Assembly (NCBI GenBank): GCA_024626585.2
Contig: JANKJI020000002.1
Location: 83,943,142-83,964,984 of the forward strand
Direction of reading: 5' to 3'
Length of the DNA stretch: 21,843 nt
Source of the DNA: Ginkgo biloba
Lineage: Eukaryota > Plantae > Ginkgophyta
Shown: piece after piece, positions 10,801 through 21,620 of the stretch
How the letters are laid out: each line of letters starts with the position of its first letter
Numbering within the stretch: the first letter of the stretch is position 1
Program-made: the position numbers and the translations under genes
Notes under the pieces: generated by a model
Databases searched by the model: none
Told to the model about the DNA's origin: nothing
What the model saw: the letters and a program-made list of their open reading frames with translations, nothing else

Positions 10801-13800
10801 ACCACCATGGCTTCAACATGAATTTGGCATTGGTGGCCATGTAGTGGAGGTGACGGGATACCTCGATTGAGGCATCCGGTCACACCTACCGGATGCCTCG
10901 ATCGAGGCAACACACCCCTTGAGGCTACGATTTTGCCGGATACCTTGATCGAGGTGTCTCGTCACCTCCTCAAATTCATGTCGGAGCCGTGGTGGTAACT
11001 CCCCCGACTTCAATGCTGCTGCGTCTCCACCTGCGCATGGTGCATCCCCGTTCAAACCCGAACATGTCCTCGTCCAACATTCACTGCCTGATGCATCTAG
11101 AGTCGAAGAGGAGAGCCAAAGTCACCTGGTGCTGGTGCATTTGGAGTCCTCATCGATTCATTGCGTTGGAGTCAAAGGTAAGCGTTCAATCGATTATTTT
11201 GGTGACTGTTCGCTTCTATGCCTTCTTTTTATTTTACCTTCACTCTATTTCACAACCGATTAATTTAAGCGATGATAGAATTTGAGATCAAGGAAGCACA
11301 TTTAGGCACATGATTTTATAATGGTTTTTGTGAGTAGTATTTAATTCGTTCAATATTTTTAATGAAACAACATACAAATAAGAAATAAAATGACGTGGAG
11401 GACCAAAAAATTGACTGTCATTAAAAAAAAGAAGAATTAAAATTATTATAACATGCATCTTTGAAAAGATTTATAACTGCAGATCGATCTTTTAAATAAT
11501 TGAAAATTTAAATTCTTGAACAACACTGAGAAATAAGATACAATCAAAGAGTTGACAAGGGATAGCAGACGTTCGCAATGTTTTGAAGAGGATTGAGTTC
11601 AAAGTTTTGAAAAGAAGTCAAGTAGAGTAGTAGAATTCAGCTGACAATTCATTCAAGAGTTTTCAAGCAAATTTTTCTATTGTATTTTTTTTTAGCAATA
11701 TACTCAAATGATTGAGTTTTTGACGTCTTGTCTTAGAATGTAGTTTTACTTTAAAAAAATAAAAATCTATGTTAAGTGATGAAGATTTTAATAAATTTAT
11801 GGCATATTTGGGCAATCTTGGTTTTTACCTCTTCTTTTTATTTTTTCATTTTTCAAAATAGTTTGAAAATGTTTAAACTATCTTTTTTATTACAAACGAT
11901 TTTAACTTTCAATAACAAAAAATAATAAATGGAGCTTTACAAATATTTTAAACTTTCAAGAGAAGAAAATAATAAATGGAGCTAAATATAGCATAGAGTC
12001 AAGACTACTTCTCCTTATTTTGGCCAGTCCAAAGCATGTATACAACCAACGTTTGCATCTACAATTTCTCTTTAATGTATGCATAACGTTCTCTCTATTC
12101 TATTGGGACCAAACTTGAGATTGCCATACTAAGTTCTATGCCTTTGGAGATTAACTGTTGGTTCAGAGTAATTATTGTAGTTAATTCCAAAGGTGAGGAT
12201 TCAAGAATTGTTGAGGCATTCAAATTCCAATAGATATTTCATTTTAAAAATTGACTTCATTATTTTTTGGCTTTCTGTAGCATTAGTTTTGTAGTCACAA
12301 TTCAACACAAATTACCTGTATTTATTGTTTTAGGAGTCTACAGTAGAATGTGATTATGGTGTGCTTTATTTCAGTCATGTTTGAATAAAAATAATTAGGG
12401 ATTAATAAAAGTTGTGATAAGAAACTTCAACCGATGAACATCATTGGATAAATAGCTAACGAGCGAGCCTCTAAATCAATGACCACTGACCACCTCGTTG
12501 AGCTCACTTTAGATGCATACCTAAAACAAATGGATGACTCTTTCAATGTGTACCTTTGACCACGTTCTTAAAGGGCGTTGGTTATCACTTACTCAACAGT
12601 CCAATCTTAACAACACACTGCGGCCACTACATGAATGTATGCAAATAGTCCACGAATCCACCATGAATTCCAAAGAGAAAGAGGAACAAACTCAAGGGCC
12701 TTACGCCATTCATTGTCTCTCCAACAATTACAACATTCACTCTTTAAGGATCCTTAATTCTTATAAGGCGTAATTAAATGAAGTGATGTCTTCTCATCAT
12801 AACTCTTCCACTTGTTTAACTTGCCTGATGCCATAAATGTTAATACAAATGCAGGAGTAACCCTAAGGCTTTGATAGTTGCTCATAACTGATACCATAGT
12901 CAACAACCATCAACCAAACACCAACATTACTTGTGATTCATGATGTCGATAAATTTTTTTTTAATTTTTTTTTCACTATTTGACTCGTGTTTTACTTTGA
13001 TCTATTTTTAAAGCATCAACGCAACATAAGATAAATGAATTTAATTATGATGATGTTGTAGCATTGCAATCAGTGTATTTTGATCCTCTTTGGGGCTTTG
13101 ATCGACTTTGGGATGAACCTTGTCACAGATTGCCTATACCTTAACATGCTAGTTATTTGTCACCTTATTCTACTGTAGTACAATCTACCAGCATGCATCT
13201 CACATAGCATAAGGCTCAAGTGTCATTGCTTATGTCACACTAGGAAAAACACCTATGCCTAGTAATTTGATCATTTAAAAAAAAATTTCGACCTTATTCT
13301 TCCCCTTGCAAGATTTCTCAAAGTGACCCCGAAGCAAAGTTGATATCCAATGTAGTTGTGGTTGTGATGCTACAATCTACTTTTGGACTTCTGGTGTCCA
13401 ATTCCTCGTGCTAGACTTATGCTGAAGCCTACCTTATTGTTGACTAAAGTTCTGCCCTACTTAGTAGAGAGATTTTCTTACAATGTCAAGATGGAATATT
13501 GCCTACATTCTTTATTGTTGCACGCACCTCTCTCTCTCTCTCTCTCAATCATTCTCAAGTACAATCGCATCAAAGAGATACATAGAAACAAAGCATTCCA
13601 TTAATTCCACAAGAACACAAAATAAAAAATCTCTCAGTTATGATTTTCGATCCTAGGTTAACTCCCACACGTTACAATAATGAATACATATATAACTTTA
13701 AAGAAAATAGACAATTGGGATTCCAACCTTACATGCCAACAAACTTCTCCTAAGTGACTTTTACATTACATGAACTGACTAACATAAGCTAACGATGACT

Positions 13801-16800
13801 TGCTTTCTTATTATTAGTCATTATGCAAGATTATGCAAGTGCATATGTTGCATATATCTATCCCGCCACCCTCTTTTGAGTATATCTTGCTTAGTTGCAC
13901 TCTTGTTGTCAAGAGGGCGCCCCACTATTAGTACTAATGCAACCAATACTTTATACCAATCTTGTAGAATTGTTGATGATCACCAAAAACATCGCATTCA
14001 AGATATGCATGATCACTGCCAAACCTGAGTGTGATCACCACCAACATGGTGTGTGATCATTGACAAAATTGTGCATGATCATAGTCAAAACTGTACATGA
14101 TCACTGTAAAAAGTATGCATGATCACTACAAAAATTGATCACCACAAATATTCAACATGGTCATTATCAGTTTGTTGCAATCTAGTCAGAATAAGATCAT
14201 GTATTGATTAGTGGGCAAAGTAGCTCGATCCTCATCAAACAAATATGCATTCTTCCCAAGGAATTATTGTGAATGGTTTCTAGTTACTCCTTTGGTCCAA
14301 CTAGTTCCACTGCCATCTAATCATCAATCATCGCAATTTGTTTTCATGATCTCATTTGCTTCCTCTACTTAGGAAATTTAAATTAACAATTGGGGACCTA
14401 GGGAGGGCCCTTTAGTTCCCATTGGAACAGACAACCCATGTCATCGCAACTCATGAATAGTCCAGAAGGCATCACTCTATAAGAGTATGTTTCACATTTA
14501 ACAAAGATTACTTTTGTCAACTGTTGACTAGATGGGGGTCTAGGATGTGGAGTCGACCATTTGCAATAGGTTAGCATCATAATAAAGAGGAATGCATGTC
14601 TTCGTTACACATATGCACCGTAGATTCACAAGCATGAAAGTAATGGACACACGTGGGGTGCAATCCTCATTTATTATTACTGATTACATGGTACATGATT
14701 ATAAATTTTAGGGATTAGGCTTCTCACACCTAACGCTAGGCATTCACACTTGTCCCTCATATCTCATGTCATCATTCTCTCTCCTATTTTAAGTGCTTTC
14801 TCTACCCTAAGTCATACTCTGTGCAGAAGCAACAACCAAACAAAAACATGCCACAAGCATCTTCTCAATCCACTGCCAANNNNNNNNNNNNNNNNNNNNN
14901 NNNNNNNNNNNNNNNNNNNNNNNNNNNNNNNNNNNNNNNNNNNNNNNNNNNNNNNNNNNNNNNNNNNNNNNNNNNNNNNAACTGGTTAACAAGGCATTAT
15001 TAACCAGGCTTTTTTGAGCTATAACACAAAATTCGGCGAATTATAAAACATTGGCTAATACTTTATAGAAATTTTTCTGTTGGTGAATTTGATTTTTTAG
15101 AAAATTTTAAAAATATAGCCAATTGGTGATTTATAGCTACTAATGTTTTTCCTTGTAGTTGTAAATGCAGTCTGATTCTGCTGTAGTCTGCTTATGACAT
15201 CAGGATTTGTTATCTGCTGATGTTATGCTTGCTGCCACCTCATACTATCTGCCTCATCGTCATCTGGGTCTGCTTTCATCATCCTTCTGATCTGCTTATG
15301 TCATCATGCTGATTTTGCCATATCATCATGCTTGTTTTGCCATGTCATCCAAACAATTATCCTGCTAACAGTGTATGTAAGTATGTTTATCCAAATAGGG
15401 GGAATCTTCACCTCTATTCATGACATGTTGGGATGTATTTGGGAGAACGCAACAAACTGCAATCTGACTTGAGAAATCTGCATTGAGTTGAATCCATGCA
15501 CACCTATAGTTGCTAGGAACATGAATATTTGTAGGTGATTTTGAAGAATACATGTTACCCCTCCAAATCCTCAAACATTGAGGCCCTACTCTCTCAACCA
15601 ATTGTCAAGAACCATTAGTATCCTGCAATGTGTGATAGGGAATGCTTAAGGTTCTCATTCATCTTATTGAAGACTAGACTTATCACATCACGGACTATCC
15701 TAGGAGATGACCATGACATACCATTGCACTTCTAAAAAGATACTGCGAAACCCTTGTACTAGACTTGTCAAATACTTGACTCAATTAGTGGGGGGAACAT
15801 GGCTGATCCCAACCAAAGGAGAAGGATCTCCAATCCATGTCCAACCATTATATGTAATTGCTGATTTATTTTGCTTCCACAAACTGCTCTTGAGCCTCCT
15901 TATGTTTTTCTAACTGATGTTTAAGCTCTTCATCTAAATAGATCTCCTCTCCAATCCATGTCCTACCATTATGTGTAATTTTTGATTTATTTCATTTCTT
16001 TGCTTTGACAAACTATAGATGTTCTCAGGTGAAATGAATAGTCTCATATTCATTCTAAGGGCAACAAGCCTATTAAAGGAGTGGAAGTAGATAGGCAAGA
16101 TGAAGTCATGGGTAATCCATACATTGTGAATGGNNNNNNNNNNNNNNNNNNNNNNNNNNNNNNNNNNNNNNNNNNNNNNNNNNNNNNNNNNNNNNNNNNN
16201 NNNNNNNNNNNNNNNNNNNNNNNNNNNNNNNNNGCAGGTTCATATTCTTGTGGATAGTTTGGATCTAGAAAGTGTCAACACAGCAAACCTTCAGGCAGCT
16301 GCTTCAGCTGCACTTCTTCTTTTGCCACCTGAATTCTCGGAGGTGATTATCTTTAAATGTTATCTATGTCTCTAGAAGTTCAATTATTTGCTCACTCCAA
16401 AGTTTCTGAGGATAATCATTTTTTTCTATTGTTTGTAGGTTTGGTACCCCCAATATTTGAACTTTTCCCAATCTAGTGATGTGCTTGCTCTTTACCATTT
16501 GGGCCAACCTTGGTGCTTTAGTGTGGTTACTTCTGTCTTTTCATTTAGTTTAACTTGTATGCAGGAAGATCTCTATGTCAAAATATGTGGTCTTTCGTAC
16601 ATGGGTGATTTGCGCATGTTGTTTGCAGAAGACAGAAATAAAGTAAGGCACCTCTTAAACTTGTATTTATGCTATAGCATAGATACACAATGGACATTCA
16701 TTTGTTCTTTTACAGACTGCTTGCCAATTGGTATTGACTAAGTCTGTTTATAAGAAAATAACATGTGATGGTTGATTGTTTTTAATAATTTAATATGGTT

Positions 16801-19800
16801 TAGATAAAATAATTTGCTTCTATTATGGCTGCTTCTGAGCAGATGTGAAAGATCTGTATTTTATCCATCTTTTCATGCGGCATCATTCAAGGTGGGTAAT
16901 GATAGATGCATTTGCATGCACTACTGTAGTGTCTGTGGCAAATGATTATAATCTCTCAGATATGGAAATAGATTTACTCAACTCTTTACCAGATTCATTT
17001 TGAAATTTTATCAAATACCAAGNNNNNNNNNNNNNNNNNNNNNNNNNNNNNNNNNNNNNNNNNNNNNNNNNNNNNNNNNNNNNNNNNNNNNNNNNNNNNN
17101 NNNNNNNATTAGAATAAAAAATATTGTTAACACTCTGAAATGGTGCATATGTTTCCAATTGGTCTGTAAACATATTGAACCCTGCATGTTAGCATTATTC
17201 AGCATTTCAGTAGTGTTCTTGTGCTATTCCAGCCTTTTTATGGCATTTCTTTCAGTTGTCCTTGATTCTATGGGCATCATAAGTTGTCTTGAATGTATTA
17301 AATTCTGTGAATTTTGACATTGAGTCTTCACATGCATTGGATTTCATAGATGAATCATGGATTCAAAGTAAATTTGAATAGCCCCTTGGCTGATTTCTCT
17401 NNNNNNNNNNNNNNNNNNAGCTTTGACTATATGCTTTTTCCCACCTTGAGCCCCCTTCTACAACATTTGAAAGCAGGCTTCTTTTGCCTTGATGTATTAT
17501 GGAAATCAAAAGCCACTACTAGTCCCAACATTTGAATGCAAGGCCATGGAAGAGGGTAGACTTCTACACCAAACTCACCCATGCATTGCCTTCTGACCCT
17601 TGCATTCCTAGATCCAACCCAGGGTTTTTATGTAAAAACTTTTTTTTCTANNNNNNNNNNNNNNNNNNNNNNNNNNNNNNNNNNNNNNNNNNNNNNNNNN
17701 NNNNNNNNNNNNNNNNTTACAATTTGTCATTGTTAAGAGGTTTTTTGCACCTTTATTATTTGGTTCCACTGGTTCTTGTACCTTTGTGTGTCTTTTGACT
17801 AGGTAGCTGCCCACTCTGGGTGGTTAAACTGAATTTTGTGACTGACTTCTGTCTCTTGATCTGGTATTTTGAATGAAGTGAATATTTTTCTTTTGGCACT
17901 TCTGCCTTTCTGGCTTTTCTTTCCTTTTCTACTGGTTTTTTGGCCCTTGGGGGGTGTGTGTGTGGGGAGAGGAAGGGGTGCATCATTCCACTTGTTCTTC
18001 ATCTCATCTTTGTGCTTTGTTCTTATCCCCTTCATCTCTAGTGCTAGGTGTCAGCTGTTTTTCTCCCTGTTCTTCTGCTAGAACTATATTTTCTTTCTCG
18101 CCTTCCTTTGCCAGGGAGCACATGCACTCTTACCACCCCAACTTGATCCTTGTATGTGTCCATACTCATGTTTTGTGCTACAAAAGATGATTTTTAAGTC
18201 CCTTTAAAGAACTAAATCATAGGAAAAGAACAAAAAATGAGACGTAAATTGAATATTATGACATCCAGAATGTTGCTAAAATGGCAATCAGAAATGAGCA
18301 CAAGATAACACAATCCACTTATATAAAACGATAAAAATGTCGCAACGAAGAAACCCTTGGCTTTTCATATTAAGTTAGCCAATCAGCTCAAAAGGCAGCC
18401 AATTCCAATTGTGTTTTGACCATGGGCACCATCAAAAGAGATGAAATGTAGTTTCATTCTTTCCACATAAGGGACAATGAGCTAGAGGCATGTTGATCTT
18501 TTGTGATATGAAACTAGTGGCTAATCCATGGTGTGTAGTAGAGTAAGCAAAGAAAATCTTTTTGGGTTCTAGAGGGGCTTTTCAAAGTCCAGGATCTTTT
18601 GTGCCAAAGGATGTTAGAACCGTTGATTTTCTAGTATCTGTTGAGTCTATCTATGATCCGTTTGTGGATCGTAACTTATTTTCTATCATTTTTAGAACAA
18701 TCACTTTTTGAGTGAATTTGAAAAAAATCCGTACAGATTCATCCAATTCTTAACGAATGAAAGTTGTAGCCCTTGTCGTCAGCTTTAAAACAAGTACAAT
18801 AATGTGAAAAACGGAGCTACGGTTCAAAAGTTATGGTCAAAATGCCAATTGTCTGTTATCATGGACAATGGCTCCCTTACGGGACCGAGGAGGAAAAATG
18901 AATCAAGGAAGGGAGAAATTCGCATCCTTGTCCTGGATTAAAAAAAGTGCTTCTTGGTCCAACAAGGAGACAAAAAGAATTTAGGAAAGAAAAGTAAACA
19001 AGTGAGGAANNNNNNNNNNNNNNNNNNNNNNNNNNNNNNNNNNNNNNNNNNNNNNNNNNNNNNNNNNNNNNNNNNNNNNNNNNNNNNNNNNNNNNNNNNN
19101 NNNNNNNNNGGCGCATCCTACTCAGTCATCCTAGCTAGCTTCATTGCTTCCAAATTAGGATTTTCATTAACTGTTACATGAGTGTCCTTTTTAACTTTTT
19201 CCTAGGTGCATGAAAAGGAAAAAAGACTGGTCATTGATCGCAAATCTCTTAGGAAGGTTGAAACTTGATTGAAAGTTTTCCAGCTGACCCAGCTGCATCA
19301 AAATCAAAAAATTTTTGCAGGTGAAGAAGATTGTGCAGGGGAATGCTGATAGGTTCTATGCGCTCTATAAAGGTCAACTCTGCCACACAGCGGCCACAGG
19401 TTTGCTGAAATTACCAGCATCTTTTGGTAATTCTCAGGCAATACTAGTTCAGGTGATTCATTTTCTGAATGTTGAGAGTACTAGTTATAACTATCATAAT
19501 TTTATCAGGAGCTGAAGCGTGGGGAACTTTATTTTGATGTTTAATGTATGCTTCATATGTTTTTCTTATCATGCTGTTGTATTTCGTAATGCCTAGGATT
19601 CGAGTGTTTCGGCTACTCGTTCTTTAGTTTCATTTCTTCCGTCTGCTGTAAGGATCCAGATGGGTGCAGAATTAGGAGAGAAGATAAAGCTGAACAAGTT
19701 TGGTATGTCCAAACAATTGTTTATCNNNNNNNNNNNNNNNNNNNNNNNNNNNNNNNNNNNNNNNNNNNNGCAGGCAGAGAAGTGCCTGAAGTGATTGTAA

Positions 19801-19964
19801 AATCAAGAGAAGAGGCTGCAAAGTCTATGCAAAGGGCTATTAAAAGCTTAGTAAGGACCTCTAGCCTGAGGCAGGCCTTATCAGGTTATCTGGCTGCAGG
19901 TGGTGTAAATGCAGCATACTATTTAGCAAAGAAGGTGTCTAAAGCATGGCGCTCAAGATACTGA
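4706..19964 (+). CDS. TAM41: Mitochondrial phosphatidate cytidylyltransferase TAM41 (MMP37 family), 10 coding exons: join(4706..4816,4922..4978,5119..5178,5563..5631,5793..5885,16238..16342,16565..16642,19321..19452,19597..19702,19774..19964), 333 aa
   Basis: Manual splicing at GT/AG sites gives an uninterrupted 1002-nt ORF with Tam41 family motifs: [108 protein letters not shown]..Y...K..KAW. Confidence 0.96.
4922..4978 (+). CDS. TAM41: TAM41 coding exon 2 ([19 protein letters not shown])
   Basis: ttgcag| acceptor, |gttagt donor, phase 0; conserved DYILGV..P..WH motif; missed by the ORF track. Confidence 0.95.
5119..5178 (+). CDS. TAM41: TAM41 coding exon 3 (NLQTNRDHYTSWMAYLGAKT)
   Basis: caacag| acceptor, |gtgagt donor; NL..N..HY motif. 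Confidence 0.95.
5563..5631 (+). CDS. TAM41: TAM41 coding exon 4 (ITDVAEGMGIGVHFNAFVPWKDK)
   Basis: tgtcag| acceptor, AAG|gtctgt donor; GVHFN motif. Confidence 0.93.
5793..5885 (+). CDS. TAM41: TAM41 coding exon 5 ([31 protein letters not shown])
   Basis: ttccag| acceptor, |gtaggt donor; KYGV and GRLQKP motifs. Confidence 0.95.
7179..7945 (+). mobile_element. Decayed plant L1-clade LINE ORF2: APE endonuclease domain plus linker
   Basis: Near-continuous frame with internal stops: NIYGP...LW..L...PWILRGDFN...FMDDYGLLD...FT*NNRR...ERLDRFL...*DHWPVQL...PFNWEKAW, then LKNVKNNLKSYNREVFRNIF...KEETY; matches GDFN, FTWxN, RLDR and SDHxP motifs. Confidence 0.9.
8481..8870 (+). mobile_element. Possible highly decayed Ty1/copia RT-RNase H remnant
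   Basis: Short look-alikes only: RRKYQVMSSTEPKFIAL (cf. SKKQxxVAxSSTEAEYIA), LTTGFISGQRISYS, RGIYAQKMY. Confidence 0.3.
10470..10519. repeat. Direct repeat TTTAACTC(G/A)GGGAGGCAAATTGC x2, ~27-bp period
   Basis: Read directly, next to an N gap that may hide more copies. Confidence 0.8.
10584..11147. repeat. Long imperfect inverted repeat (foldback) with nested inner hairpin
   Basis: Arm 10688-10880 aligns by eye to the reverse complement of 10936-11113; outer pair 10584-10603/11128-11147; inner 20-bp stem 10861-10880/10888-10907 with one mismatch and a 7-nt loop. Confidence 0.88.
13977..14163. repeat. Degenerate 22-bp minisatellite with conserved TGATCA core
   Basis: TGATCA at 14010, 14032, 14054, 14076, 14098, 14120 (exact 22-bp spacing), plus 13977, 14136 and TGGTCA at 14158; consensus about TGTGCATGATCACTGCCAAAAC. 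Confidence 0.9.
14450..14525 (-). mobile_element. Ty3/gypsy reverse-transcriptase remnant
   Basis: Minus-strand peptide KVIFVKCETYSYRVMPSGL resembles the gypsy RT motif KTxFxTxxGTYxYxVMPFGL. Confidence 0.45.
15160..15370 (-). repeat. Segment with internal sub-repeats, possibly an LTR fragment
   Basis: Repeats tctgcttatg(a/t)catca x2 and ttttgccat(a/g)tcatc x2; minus strand reads TGTTAG...TTTACA; no matching TSD. Confidence 0.35.
15827..15992. repeat. ~45-bp direct repeat x2, ~121-bp spacing
   Basis: tctccaatccatgtcc(a/t)accattat(a/g)tgtaatt..tgatttattt at ~15827 and ~15948. Confidence 0.8.
16238..16342 (+). CDS. TAM41: TAM41 coding exon 6 (VHILVDSLDLESVNTANLQAAASAALLLLPPEFSE)
   Basis: gcag| acceptor directly after an N gap, GAG|gtgatt donor; continues GRLQKP-V in frame. 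Confidence 0.94.
16565..16642 (+). CDS. TAM41: TAM41 coding exon 7 ([26 protein letters not shown])
   Basis: atgcag| acceptor, |gtaagg donor; LSYxGDxRM motif. Confidence 0.96.
18730..18845. mobile_element. Transposon-derived non-coding motif in intron 7
   Basis: aaagttgtagccctt...agcttt...aaaacggagctacggttcaaaagttatgg resembles a motif I recall from plant TE non-coding/LTR sequence; family not assignable without a search. Confidence 0.35.
19321..19452 (+). CDS. TAM41: TAM41 coding exon 8 (VKKIVQGNADRFYALYK...QAILVQ)
   Basis: tttgcag| acceptor, CAG|gtgatt donor; completes KVxxIVxG motif. Confidence 0.92.
19597..19702 (+). CDS. TAM41: TAM41 coding exon 9 (DSSVSATRSLVSFLPSAVRIQMGAELGEKIKLNKF-G)
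   Basis: cctag| acceptor, G|gtatgt donor (phase 1); open in frame; missed by the ORF track. Confidence 0.9.
19774..19964 (+). CDS. TAM41: TAM41 coding exon 10 (G-REVPEVIVKSREEAAK...SKAWRSRY*)
   Basis: gcag| acceptor after N gap, phase compatible with exon 9; basic amphipathic C-terminus typical of Tam41; TGA stop at 19962-19964. Confidence 0.93.
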
Positions 19965-20970
19965 CTGTTACTGAGCCTTACAAGCTTATACAGACATCCA
20001 TGCCATTGAATTCGCTCCCGGGGTTCTTTATTGGACAATTTGATTTTTGACANNNNNNNNNNNNNNNNNNNNNNNNNGCTCAGTATCTTTTTGGACGGAA
20101 TGGTCAGACTCTCTTTTACGCTTCAGTTCCACAACGTATGCAGTCAGAGTTAGCTGAAATGCTTCAGATGTTTATTTCGTAACGGAACTGCATCTGAGGT
20201 GGGGAAAGGTTAAATTATTTTTCTCGGCTTCAACATTTTAATTTTGGTTTTAATCATTGACAAAATTTCCGGAGATGCGGAGAGCAATTGAAAACATTGA
20301 NNNNNNNNNNNNNNNNNNNNNNNNNNNNNNNNNNNNNNNNNNNNNNNNNNNNNNNNNNNNNNNNNNNNNNNNNNNNNNNNNNNNNNNNNNNNNNNNNNNN
20401 NNNNNNNNNNNNNNNNNNNNNNNNNNNNNNNNNNNNNNNNNNNNNNNNNNNNNNNNNNNNNNNNNNNNNNNNNNNNNNNNNNNNNNNNNNNNNNNNNNNN
20501 NNNNNNNNNNNNNNNNNNNNNNNNNNNNNNNNNNNNNNNNNNNNNNNNNNNNNNNNNNNNNNNNNNNNNNNNNNNNNNNNNNNNNNNNNNNNNNNNNNNN
20601 NNNNNNNNNNNNNNNNNNNNNNNNNNNNNNNNNNNNNNNNNNNNNNNNNNTATTGTAGATTCGTGAATTTATTTGGTGTATGATTTTTATTTCAAAATAA
20701 AATCTAAAAATAAAATAAAATTAAATCATTAGAAAGCAAGTAGCAAGTGAAACAATCGTAATCAAGGTTTCATACATTGTGGATTTATTTGATGGATGAA
20801 GTTTATTTAGAATTAAATCCTTAAAAAACATTAAAAAATAAATCAGCAAAAGAGAGGTAATGGAGGATAATCATAATAATAATTAATAAATAAAACATAA
20901 ATGACGTGGAGATCTTATGGATTTATATTTTTATTTATTACATGATCTTTATTTAAAAAAATGAATCATT

Positions 20971-21203
20971 AAAAACTAAGCGTTAAATTGTATTGATTAT
21001 GTTATTTTGAAGCCAAATCTAATCATATATAATTGCCTCTCCTAATTCTCTCTTAAAAAGAATAAACAATCAAAATTGAATGGAATTAAAAAATAAGCAT
21101 TAAATTATATTGATTATGTTATTTTGAAGCAAATATAATCATATACAATTGCCTCTCCTAATTATCTCTTAAAAAGAATAAACAATCAAAAGTGAATGGA
21201 ATT
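20971..21203. repeat. Tandem duplication of a ~117-bp unit (2 copies, few differences)
   Basis: taagc.ttaaatt.tattgattatgttattttgaagc...aagaataaacaatcaaaa.tgaatggaatt at 20971-21087 and ~21089-21203. Confidence 0.92.
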
Positions 21204-21620
21204 TTCTTTTGGTACTCTTTTTCAAATCATTAATAGTATATAATTATAAAAATTATAAAATAAAAACCTTCTATAAAGTTATACTTTTATGGACTCCCTT
21301 TTATGGACTTTTTTGATTTATATAAAAAGATCTCATTTGCTAGTAGGTTGTAAAGTTAGTTGCTTAAATTTATCTAGGTAAAAAATTTATGGGTAGGAGC
21401 ACATAAAATAATTGTGATTGTGTTAGAATTGTGGTGCATTGCACAAAACATGAGGGATGAAATCTTAACTTTATTGCTGTGTATTTGCAAGAGAAAATGT
21501 AGTGACATTGTTTTGGTGTTTCCTGTTAAAGTGATGTTAAAGTAAGGAATAATAATATTTGTTCTTGAAACCTAGCTTGAACTGTTGTTGTGGCAATTCA
21601 TTTCCATGTGTATATACTAG

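Noticed and set aside
10813-11285. ORFs of 80 and 98 aa
   Set aside because: By-products of the GC-rich inverted repeat; non-ATG starts and no recognisable domain.
13484-13733. Possible 250-bp solo LTR (TGTCAAG...CCTTACA)
   Set aside because: Flanks tacaa/tgcca do not form a TSD and no partner LTR, PBS or PPT is clear.
13977-14163. CRISPR-like array
   Set aside because: Eukaryotic intron, 22-bp period with mutually similar 'spacers', 6-bp core only, no cas genes.
15500-15620. Minus-strand GS*QLVERVGP...NIH resembling the gypsy integrase GPY/F module
   Set aside because: Only a few residues match; could be chance.
17756-18190. Overlapping hydrophobic or Lys-rich ORFs
   Set aside because: Caused by pyrimidine-rich low-complexity intron sequence; non-ATG starts; the TAM41 frame is complete without them.
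20257-20683. 133- and 131-aa ORFs
   Set aside because: Almost entirely N gap.
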